Shown here piece after piece: positions 46,738-54,623 of a stretch of 64,000 nt of DNA; within the stretch, counting starts at the first letter, position 1; each line of letters starts with the position of its first letter. Both the position numbers and the translations under genes were made by a program. Under the pieces are notes generated by a model. It had not been told where the DNA came from. It saw only the letters and a list, made by a program, of their open reading frames with translations, and did not search any database. The stretch comes from a virus (taxonomy: Duplodnaviria > Caudoviricetes), in the IMG/VR virus record IMGVR_UViG_3300042465_007707, positions 177 through 64,176 of that record, one strand, 5' to 3'.

Positions 46738-47067
46738 TTAATTACTTAATTTATAGCTTGAAAAAGCTAAATTTTGCTCGTTCCATTCTTTAACGTCAAT
46801 ATCCCAGTTCTTTTTATTTTTTAAAGCGAAAAGAATCTGACTAAGACGATCTTTATTATTAACCATTATTTTCTTCTGATAATAATTTAAATCATCTGTA
46901 TCCAATAAAATATCAATATTTGGAATTATGATCTCGTATGTCGTTTTATAAAAATCCTTACAATAAGCCGAACCTTCGCAAAAAATCAAAGTTTTTGGTA
47001 TATCTCCTGAAGATAAGAGCTGAAAAGCTTCCTCTCTTAAATCTGAATAAAGGACGTTTTCACTCAT
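46738..47067 (-). CDS. hypothetical protein
   Basis: Coupled ORF. Confidence 0.7.
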   Translation of the reverse strand: MSENVLYSDLREEAFQLLSSGDIPKTLIFCEGSAYCKDFYKTTYEIIIPNIDILLDTDDLNYYQKKIMVNNKDRLSQILFALKNKKNWDIDVKEWNEQNLAFSSYKLSN

Positions 47068-47270
47068 TACCTAATTGCAATAGATGAATTAAGTATCGGT
47101 GTAATAGAAAGCGAATCGGTCGATTCTTTATCGTATTTTACCAAAATAATACCGTCATAAATACCTCTTTTAATAATGTACTTAACCCCTTTTACAGTTA
47201 ATGTAATGGCCTCAACTTCATCTAATGATAGCAAGCCTTCTTTTCGCTTATCTCCTATTTCTAATCTCAT
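47067..47270 (-). CDS. hypothetical protein
   Basis: ACGACAAA motif directly upstream. Confidence 0.7.
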   Translation of the reverse strand: MRLEIGDKRKEGLLSLDEVEAITLTVKGVKYIIKRGIYDGIILVKYDKESTDSLSITPILNSSIAIR

Positions 47271-47284
47271 GATTTTGTCGTTTT

Positions 47285-47521
47285 TTAATTATTAGTACCG
47301 TTGAATTTATCTGAAAAAAAAGATTTAATACCAAAACAGTATAAATTTTCTCCCATATCTTTCATTTGAAAGGCTGACTTTGGAAACCAGTTTTTTGATC
47401 CATGTATATCAATTAACACAGCTTTTTCAGTAGATTTTTCTACATTAGCAAAAAAATTGCCTACCATGTGAATACAACCATTCGATTGTACTTGTTTGTT
47501 TAATTCTTCTATTGCGCTCAT
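47285..47521 (-). CDS. hypothetical small beta protein
   Basis: STEKAVLI...WFPKS; start moved to MSAIEE, after promoter 47541-47548 and ACGACAAG 47525-47532. Confidence 0.7.
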   Translation of the reverse strand: MSAIEELNKQVQSNGCIHMVGNFFANVEKSTEKAVLIDIHGSKNWFPKSAFQMKDMGENLYCFGIKSFFSDKFNGTNN

Positions 47522-47570
47522 AATCTTGTCGTATTTTTGACAAATATACAAATTAAATTGAATCAACAAA

Positions 47571-47586
47571 TTATTTTGTAAAATAA
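47571..47586. promoter_or_regulatory. 16-bp palindromic operator-like site
   Basis: TTATTTTGTAAAATAA, 22 bp upstream of TATATTTG. Confidence 0.55.
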
Positions 47587-48486
47587 TTATTTTTTTATTT
47601 GTTTTGAATCAGGATTACCATAAAAATCTCTCATATACGTTGCAATTATGTGTTTTACAGCTACTGATCTGTCTTTATGAACTAGATTACCAGTATGAAT
47701 ATCACGCTTTTTAACTTCTTTTTCAATGATTGAATAATTATCCGTTAAATAGTCCTCAACGGCTTTTTGAAATTCAGCACGAGAAAAATTTCCTTTAACT
47801 TTTTTCATGTCTTTATCAACGAATAAAAAGAAACGTTCGTCACCACCTCTATATTTGTTTTCAACTAATTTTTCAGCTAAATGCAAGTGAGTAACATCTG
47901 TTCCGAATTTATTTTCGTGTTTTTTTACAGTATCTTCAGTTTTATGAATCCTTAACCAATTACAATTAGCCCACAACTTAGGGTGCGCCATTTTTCCAAC
48001 TGACTGAAAGTGCAAAATAATATCACAACTTTTATGTCTTTGAGTACAAATAGCTCCAATTAAATCACTTGGTAATGAATCTGAAAGGAACTTAGTAATA
48101 TCCTCAATAAGTAATAAACCATTTTTAAAGTTCTCCAGAATAACACCTAAAGCATCAGCAGTTTCTTTTAAAGTCATTTGACCACCACCTTCTTTTAAAA
48201 TAGTTACCCTTCTAGCTTCTACTATACCATTGTGACACCATTTACCTATATCCGATAAACGGATAGCTCTAATATGTGCAAAGTTTGGGTTTTGATCCGA
48301 CTGAACATTTCCAAATTCATTATTTACATCTAAAATAAGAACCTTTCTAGGCTTTGCTCCTATACTTGTATTTCCTCTTAAAGTTGGTTGCATCATAGCG
48401 AGAGTAGAGTAGGATTTACCCACTCCCTTCATTCCTATTGCAATTCCTAATTGTGCTTCCCTATATTTAATTTCTGCCATAATCAA
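47587..48486 (-). CDS. FtsK/HerA-superfamily genome packaging ATPase (P9/A32-like)
   Basis: Walker A GMKGVGKS, VLILDVNNEF, Walker B LLLIED, QRH arginine finger, then IILHFQ sensor. Confidence 0.7.
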   Translation of the reverse strand: MIMAEIKYREAQLGIAIGMKGVGKSYSTLAMMQPTLRGNTSIGAKPRKVLILDVNNEFGNVQSDQNPNFAHIRAIRLSDIGKWCHNGIVEARRVTILKEGGGQMTLKETADALGVILENFKNGLLLIEDITKFLSDSLPSDLIGAICTQRHKSCDIILHFQSVGKMAHPKLWANCNWLRIHKTEDTVKKHENKFGTDVTHLHLAEKLVENKYRGGDERFFLFVDKDMKKVKGNFSRAEFQKAVEDYLTDNYSIIEKEVKKRDIHTGNLVHKDRSVAVKHIIATYMRDFYGNPDSKQIKK

Positions 48487-49469
48487 TCCTCCATCATTTG
48501 TGCTTCAATATCTTCAACTGACATTTTAGCTGTTGCTACTTTCATTTCTACTACATTATTTTCTTCTTTTGGTTTCGACTCAATTGAATCAGGAGTATAT
48601 GTTTGAACAGGCGGTTGAATAACTATTTCAGCTCTATTGTTAGCTGTTGCTGTTGCAAAATGTTTTAACATTTGATTTCCTTGTTTTTTCATTCCGATAA
48701 TAACTACCATTTTCATAGCTAAATCTTTTCCAAACATTCCCAATAAATACTGTTCATCGGTAACACCCCATCCTTTTTTCTGAAATACACGAATCATAGC
48801 AGGCTTAACTTTTTCACCAAATTCAGGATCATAAGTTAAAGCTTCAGTTACTTGCTGGTTGTGTGTTTGAGCATATTCAACAGCATTAACATCTGAACCG
48901 TCCTCGGAAATTGGAACTCTTAACTCGGAATCAATTTCACCATTTATAATTTTTTCGTAAATTTTAGCTTCATCAATCTTAGCAACTTTCGCCCCTAATT
49001 CATGAATCATAGCGTACCCTTCAAGAACAGAATTAACCAATTGCGTAGCTGCCATTTTTTTATCCTTGTTATCTAAATCAGACATTGCAGGATTAGTAAC
49101 ATTATCAAATGCACTTGGTTCTTTTGGTTGTTCTACTTCAGGAGCTTCCTCTTCCTTAAAATCTTCAAACGTAAGGTTTTGATCTCCAAAATCAGGTTCT
49201 TCTATATCTCCAATTTCTGAAATTACTTCAGTTTTATTATAAATACGTTCTATTACAGGTTCATTAATAGGGCTATATTCAAAACTTGGCACTTCAAAAT
49301 CATCTACTTTTTCACTCATTATCGGTTCTATTTTTGGTTCAACTATATTTTCTTTAATTTCTTCTACTTCTACCTTTTCAATTGTTGGTACTTCTCTTTT
49401 TTTTACAACTCTTTTAGCGATTAAGTTACCCTCTTTAGGTTTTCTGCCTCTTGTCTTTATTTCTGTCAT
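48483..49469 (-). CDS. acidic protein coupled to packaging ATPase (possible packaging accessory)
   Basis: Stop overlaps ATPase start; weakly hydrophobic segment near C-terminus. Confidence 0.6.
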   Translation of the reverse strand: MTEIKTRGRKPKEGNLIAKRVVKKREVPTIEKVEVEEIKENIVEPKIEPIMSEKVDDFEVPSFEYSPINEPVIERIYNKTEVISEIGDIEEPDFGDQNLTFEDFKEEEAPEVEQPKEPSAFDNVTNPAMSDLDNKDKKMAATQLVNSVLEGYAMIHELGAKVAKIDEAKIYEKIINGEIDSELRVPISEDGSDVNAVEYAQTHNQQVTEALTYDPEFGEKVKPAMIRVFQKKGWGVTDEQYLLGMFGKDLAMKMVVIIGMKKQGNQMLKHFATATANNRAEIVIQPPVQTYTPDSIESKPKEENNVVEMKVATAKMSVEDIEAQMMED

Positions 49470-49909
49470 TCTGATATTTTTTGTTTATAAATTTCTATAT
49501 CTATATCAATTGCTTTATAATAATCCAGATAAATTTTATGTTCTTTTATTTTTTCATTTTTATTCTTAAAATCAGTCAAAGCATGAGATACTATAGAGTG
49601 ATTTTTATTATCGAACAAATTGGAAACTTCTAAATGAGATAAGTTTAAATGTTTTTTTACTAATACCATTACCATGCTCCTGCTGGTGAATAATTCACTA
49701 GAAAGAAACGATTTATTTAAATCGGACGGATTTACATTAAAAGATAAGCAAACTTTATTTTTTATAAAATCAATTACTTTTTGGTCGTAATTATTAATTC
49801 CAGACCTACATAGTTTCTCTAATGCAGTCATCACATTTTTTACGCCAACCTTTTTAAAAGTCTTGTATAATTTAGATACAACTTCTACTATTTCTTTTTC
49901 TTCTGACAT
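49466..49909 (-). CDS. DnaA C-terminal-like HTH protein
   Basis: VC..F.V....L...R.M...L....L.LS..EV..LF..KNHS.V.HA pattern; TAAATTTG at 49931-49938. Confidence 0.65.
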   Translation of the reverse strand: MSEEKEIVEVVSKLYKTFKKVGVKNVMTALEKLCRSGINNYDQKVIDFIKNKVCLSFNVNPSDLNKSFLSSELFTSRSMVMVLVKKHLNLSHLEVSNLFDNKNHSIVSHALTDFKNKNEKIKEHKIYLDYYKAIDIDIEIYKQKISE

Positions 49910-49960
49910 ATTTCTTTAACACTATAAACGCAAATTTAATGTTTTTTTTGTTATTTATGC

Positions 49961-50380
49961 CTAGATTTCAAGTAAAAAAATAATATAACCTTCACTATTA
50001 GTCCATAGTTTTGAAGCATGAAGAAAACATATCGTAGAATCATCCGTTAAAAGAGTTCCTGATTGAGTTAAGGCATCCTTCATTCCTTTCGTGAGATTAT
50101 CTAGGTCTGGCTTTTGAATGTGAATTTTTCCTTCTATTCGGGCTTTTTTACCTCCTTTTACCGTAATAGGGTATGGTATTCCAAATGTTACATTTAGAGT
50201 AGTGTAATCTTTAGGATTAACTTTCAATTGTTTTAATATCAAACAAAGTTCATCTTTGTACTGTTGGTATTCAGGTGGGTAATATGTGCAATTTATACCT
50301 TTACCATTTTTGTAAATAGTTTTAACCCTTGGTCTTGGCGTAGGTTTCGGCTTAATCTTTATTAAAATCTGTTTATTCAT
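49961..50380 (-). CDS. rusA: RusA family Holliday junction resolvase
   Basis: KPKPTPRPR, KPDLDNLTKGMKDAL, DDSTI, K.W motifs. Confidence 0.85.
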   Translation of the reverse strand: MNKQILIKIKPKPTPRPRVKTIYKNGKGINCTYYPPEYQQYKDELCLILKQLKVNPKDYTTLNVTFGIPYPITVKGGKKARIEGKIHIQKPDLDNLTKGMKDALTQSGTLLTDDSTICFLHASKLWTNSEGYIIFLLEI

Positions 50381-50396
50381 AATTATAAAAGTAAGT

Positions 50397-50466
50397 TTGT
50401 AATTAAGAGATTCAAACTCTTATCTATCGGATCAACCGACATTTTAACCAATTAAACTAAATTACA
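50397..50466 (-). ncRNA. tRNA-like cloverleaf with shortened anticodon arm
   Basis: Acceptor TGTAATT/AATTACA (extends to 12 bp), TA, D-arm GTTT-AATTGGTTA-AAAT, TCGG-TTGAT-CCGA, T-arm AAGAG-TTTGAAT-CTCTT. Confidence 0.55.
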
Positions 50467-50613
50467 AACTTTAAAAGCTACTGAAGCCCCTCTGAGCATT
50501 GACCAGATTAACAATATCTATTTCGAAATTCAATATTGAAGGAGTAAGCTGTGCTACCTTTTTAAAAGACTAAGAAGCTGTTCTAAAGGTAAGCTGTCAA
50601 AGTACTGTTGCCA

Positions 50614-50621
50614 CAAATATA
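50614..50621 (-). promoter_or_regulatory. Bacteroidota -7 promoter element
   Basis: TATATTTG upstream of non-coding leader, tRNA-like element and rusA. Confidence 0.6.
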
Positions 50622-50625
50622 AGCA

Positions 50626-50814
50626 TTAAAATAATAAAAATAACCTATCTGCCGAATATATAGCAATAAGCCAACATATCAAAAACATTAACATTGTTTT
50701 CGGTTTTAAATAGCCCTCCAAACGATCCGCTGCAACTTCTTGATATAAATATAATCCTCCAATAACTCCAGAAATTAAAAGTATGCTATAAATTATAATT
50801 TGATATTTTATCAT
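50626..50814 (-). CDS. small membrane protein, two TM segments
   Basis: Two hydrophobic stretches. Confidence 0.65.
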   Translation of the reverse strand: MIKYQIIIYSILLISGVIGGLYLYQEVAADRLEGYLKPKTMLMFLICWLIAIYSADRLFLLF

Positions 50815-50836
50815 AATGTTTTTTTACAAATTTAAT

Positions 50837-51562
50837 TTAAAAAGGGGTTTTATCAAAATTGATTGTTAAATTAGGTTCAGCAACTGTAACCAATTTACTT
50901 GTAGATTCAGTTACTTTTTGTTTAAACTCTATAGCGTTTGAATTGCTATCTGATAAATGAATTAAGACTATATTGTTAGTTTGTGTTAAATCGTTTGCTT
51001 GTAATAGTTTTATGCAATTCTGAACCGATAGGTGACTATTAATTACCCTAGAAGGTAGAAAACCATCACTACTACTAACTAGATTTTCACAATAATTTGC
51101 TTCGATAATCCAATTTGCAATTCCATTGAAAGAATATTTACTATAAACTAAATCCGTTAAAAACACAATCTTTCCAGATTCAAAATGGTTTATCAAAAAA
51201 CCAAACGTATCTATTGTTGGATCGTGACGAACTAAAAATGGTATTACTGAAAAACTACCTACATTGAATTGTTTATTCGGCTCTACTATCTTTAAATTAC
51301 TCGTTTCACCGCCAAATTTCTCAACTACCGATTTATTGCTATAAACTTTAATTCCAGAACTTGTAAAGTCATTTATATATTTAGAATGATCCATGTGTAA
51401 ATGTGAAGACAAAGCACCAACAACTCCAGTTAAATCAAAATTAAGGGCTTCTTTTACTTTTGAAAACTTCTCGCCACATTCTAAAATTAGAATCTCTCCT
51501 GATGAAGATTTTAATAAATAGCAATTTCCTGAGCTGCCTGAATTAATTACTGTTAGATTCAT
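50837..51562 (-). CDS. MBL-fold metallo-hydrolase (probable exonuclease of recombination module)
   Basis: SGSSGNCY, SHLHMDH, V.HD, TD, EANY, SHLS, LIHLS..N. Confidence 0.9.
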   Translation of the reverse strand: MNLTVINSGSSGNCYLLKSSSGEILILECGEKFSKVKEALNFDLTGVVGALSSHLHMDHSKYINDFTSSGIKVYSNKSVVEKFGGETSNLKIVEPNKQFNVGSFSVIPFLVRHDPTIDTFGFLINHFESGKIVFLTDLVYSKYSFNGIANWIIEANYCENLVSSSDGFLPSRVINSHLSVQNCIKLLQANDLTQTNNIVLIHLSDSNSNAIEFKQKVTESTSKLVTVAEPNLTINFDKTPF

Positions 51563-51643
51563 TCTTGTCGTATTTTTATGAGTATAAATGTAATAAAAAA
51601 AGCGAACCGAAGCTCGCTCTTTAAAATTTATTTTTTTTTTGAT

Positions 51644-52879
51644 TTATGCTCCCATAACACATCTTTCATTTATGCTTTTTTTTTCTGCATTTTTTTTCGT
51701 GTATTTACGTTTTGGTTTTGGCTCGTTTAATTCGATTGCTTTAGACCATATTACTTTAGCTAAATTAGTTCTAAGTTCAAAAGACTCCTCCATTTTTCCC
51801 TTTCTAAAAACATATAAAAAATCGTCCCATTTTTTAAAAATATCTAATCTTTGAAAGTTAAAACTAGAAATTCTAAAATCAACCTTATTTTTAATCTCAG
51901 TAATGGATTCAACATCATTTTGGTTAACCTGCTGTTTCATTTTAAGCTTAGTTTCACAACTAGGTCTGGTTACTTCGATTGGATTTTCCAGAACTTTTTT
52001 AAGATTTTTAGCTAAAAACTGTGTTGCAATATTTTCATTATATTTATTGATAGCTAGATTAAAACTATGATTTTGTTGGTCAACTTTTTTAGATAAACTA
52101 TTTAACTTAGTATCATTTGCTGAAAAATTAGTGTCTAGTTTTACAAGTCTATCTGCTACTTTACCTACATTATCTCTTTGCTCTTTAACTCCTTTAATGA
52201 CTTCATTTAAACAATGACTTTGTTCTATAACCTTCAAATTTAAAGAATCAATTTCTTTTAGTTTTTTTAGCAAATCTTTAATCTTATCGAAATTTCTTTG
52301 AACCCTATTAAATTGATCCGTTGTTCTTTCGAAATTACCTGCTGATATATGTACATTTTGATTAAATCTTAAATTTAAATCATCTACCAAATTAAAAACT
52401 TCAGTTATCCTGATTTCGTAACTGTTTTTTTTCATTATAAGTTTATCAAGTTCTCTACAAGCTATATTTAACTGCTGCTTGTCAAGTTCTTTTGTAATCA
52501 AAATTTCTTCCTGAGAATCTGAAACTGTATTCACTTTTTCATCTAAACCTTGAATTATAGAATCGAACTCCTTAAATATATCTAAATTATCAAGATTTAT
52601 TTGAGATTGTATTTCTGACAACTCTTCTAATTTACTAAATCTTTCATGAGAAATATCCCAATTTTCATCCTGACCTTTTGAGTTTTTATTTGCAATTTCA
52701 AAATGTTTCATTACAACTTTCTGAAAGTCTATAGAAATATTATCACGTTCCGTTTCTGAATCGGAAAGCTTTTTGAAGAACTCGGTTCTTAATTTTGAAA
52801 TTTTAAATATTAAACTCAAGATCCAAAAAATTAATAAAATATAAGGTATTAATATTGATGCTATTATTATAATTTCCAT
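51644..52879 (-). CDS. N-terminally anchored coiled-coil protein
   Basis: Hydrophobic N-terminus, long heptad region, PKRKYTKK basic tail. Confidence 0.7.
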   Translation of the reverse strand: MEIIIIASILIPYILLIFWILSLIFKISKLRTEFFKKLSDSETERDNISIDFQKVVMKHFEIANKNSKGQDENWDISHERFSKLEELSEIQSQINLDNLDIFKEFDSIIQGLDEKVNTVSDSQEEILITKELDKQQLNIACRELDKLIMKKNSYEIRITEVFNLVDDLNLRFNQNVHISAGNFERTTDQFNRVQRNFDKIKDLLKKLKEIDSLNLKVIEQSHCLNEVIKGVKEQRDNVGKVADRLVKLDTNFSANDTKLNSLSKKVDQQNHSFNLAINKYNENIATQFLAKNLKKVLENPIEVTRPSCETKLKMKQQVNQNDVESITEIKNKVDFRISSFNFQRLDIFKKWDDFLYVFRKGKMEESFELRTNLAKVIWSKAIELNEPKPKRKYTKKNAEKKSINERCVMGA

Positions 52880-52890
52880 TTTTTTTGTTG

Positions 52891-53346
52891 TTATATAAAA
52901 TTATTAATTCTTTCTATTAGAATACTAGAGTATGTTTCCATGACTATTAATTGCTTATTCAATCTCTCTTGTTCTGCTACATCTATTTTTTCTTTAAAGA
53001 AGTCTGATTTAGTGAAATTTGTTAGATCAATTACTTTTACTTGCAAATCTCTCAATTCACTAACAACTCTTTGTTCATGAGATTCAAATATGTCTTTTTT
53101 ATAATTTAAATCAATACCTGTCTTTATGTATGAATCTTCAAAAACATCTATTGGCGACCAACTAATATAGCCTTTATGTTTTTGGTGATTTACCTTTTGG
53201 ATTGTTCCTGACTCAATGTTTTCAACTAAAAATCCTTCATCCTGACCGTTTTCTTCACTTGGCAACTCCCAACCTCTATAATCGTTATATTCTTTACGAT
53301 TCATTGGTTTAGCTATAATTTCTTTTACTCCTGTGTACTTTTCCAT
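52891..53346 (-). CDS. conserved phage protein (DUF2829-associated N-terminus plus crAss001_48-like C-terminus)
   Basis: AKPM..EY..YRGW..P..E...DEG.LVE..GYISWSP..VFE; QRV..E...L..K...L..F...QL..M..Y...L..RI. Confidence 0.65.
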   Translation of the reverse strand: MEKYTGVKEIIAKPMNRKEYNDYRGWELPSEENGQDEGFLVENIESGTIQKVNHQKHKGYISWSPIDVFEDSYIKTGIDLNYKKDIFESHEQRVVSELRDLQVKVIDLTNFTKSDFFKEKIDVAEQERLNKQLIVMETYSSILIERINNFI

Positions 53347-53349
53347 AAC

Positions 53350-54234
53350 TTAAAATCCTGCATCTGGTTTAATTGCGCTTACTGTTGGTTCTTCGAATAA
53401 ATCTTTAGCCGTTTCTTTTTTAGCTTCTACTTTTGGAGTTTCAACTTCAACTACTTCATCAAAATCAATTACTTCTGTATTTGCGAACTCTTCGATTTCA
53501 TCGTTTACCACTTCTTCAGTTGTTGGTGGTGTTTTTTCATCGTACAATCCACCATCATCACTTGAACCGATTACAATTTTTAAAGCTCTATTGATTACTG
53601 ACTTTTTCGCCATTTCATCAGAGAAGTTTTGGTGAGCAGGTGAATTACCTTTTGCTTTTCCTTGATTCCATGCCGACTTAATTTGCTCCATGTTCATTAT
53701 CTCTACACTCGTGCTATCGTCATTGTAAATAACAATTGCATAAGCTCCTTTAATTTTTGATAAATTAATGTTTTCTAAAGATGGTTTATGTTTTAAGATT
53801 TTCAACCTTCCTGTGTTTACATCAATTTCATAATCAAAATCGTCACCATCAAAAATACAATTAGCTCTAACTTCTTTTACATTACCAACTCTTTTAGCTA
53901 CAGCAATTGCCCCTAAGTAACTTCTTGATAATTGTAATTTGTTACCGTAAGCGATAAAGTAACATTGTTTTTTAACAGGCGAAAGCCCCTGAACAACCAT
54001 ATCTAGCAAACAGTTTGCAATTGATACTTTTGTACAAGCTTCTAAAACAGGTTTTTTATTCAAATCAACTGTTTCCTGCAAAATTAACCAAGCCGATTTC
54101 AAGGCATTTTCTGGACTGTATGAAGAAGGTAAAGTTAATTCTCCATTTTGTTGAAAAGTATTGATTTTAGCCAATACTTGATTTGTAATAACTTTGTCCT
54201 CGACTAAAGCTACTTGTTCTGTCGTTTTGCTCAT
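53350..54234 (-). CDS. recT: RecT-family single-strand annealing protein
   Basis: SIANCLLDMVVQGLSP.KKQCYFIAYG, RSYLG, GAYA, EMAKKSVINRALK; acidic tail. Confidence 0.9.
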   Translation of the reverse strand: MSKTTEQVALVEDKVITNQVLAKINTFQQNGELTLPSSYSPENALKSAWLILQETVDLNKKPVLEACTKVSIANCLLDMVVQGLSPVKKQCYFIAYGNKLQLSRSYLGAIAVAKRVGNVKEVRANCIFDGDDFDYEIDVNTGRLKILKHKPSLENINLSKIKGAYAIVIYNDDSTSVEIMNMEQIKSAWNQGKAKGNSPAHQNFSDEMAKKSVINRALKIVIGSSDDGGLYDEKTPPTTEEVVNDEIEEFANTEVIDFDEVVEVETPKVEAKKETAKDLFEEPTVSAIKPDAGF

Positions 54235-54280
54235 TTTTACTTGTTTTTATTATTAATAATTGTCGTATCAAATATAGTTA

Positions 54281-54616
54281 TTAATTCGATTCACTATAAG
54301 ATTTTTCGTGTTTTATTTTAAGTTCATAATAGCCCTCACAAATTTCTTTTAATATATTCTCAAATAAGCCTGACCTTCTTAAATAAACAATTTCTTCTTC
54401 TATAAATTTATCCAAGCTTTTTGGTTCTGGAACATCTTTTATTTTAACTACAAAATGATTCATTCCACAACAAGCAATAAAAGTTTTATTTGAAATAGAC
54501 AAACTTTTTAGTTCAAATAAATCACTAAAAGGAGGTTCTTTTAATTCTGTAACTCCTTGCCCATCTCTATCTATCCAAGATATAAAATCTAGCTCTATTG
54601 ATTTATATTTTCTCAT
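54281..54616 (-). CDS. hypothetical protein
   Basis: ORF between ATPase and recT. Confidence 0.65.
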   Translation of the reverse strand: MRKYKSIELDFISWIDRDGQGVTELKEPPFSDLFELKSLSISNKTFIACCGMNHFVVKIKDVPEPKSLDKFIEEEIVYLRRSGLFENILKEICEGYYELKIKHEKSYSESN

Positions 54617-54623
54617 TTTTTTA

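Noticed and set aside
47587-48486. Terminase large subunit
   Set aside because: Too short, no RNase H-like nuclease domain; has FtsK/HerA-type RH and Q motifs
50397-50466. Functional tRNA-Ser(TGA) gene
   Set aside because: Anticodon arm is 4 nt too short, no purine at position 37 and no long variable arm; reported as tRNA-like instead
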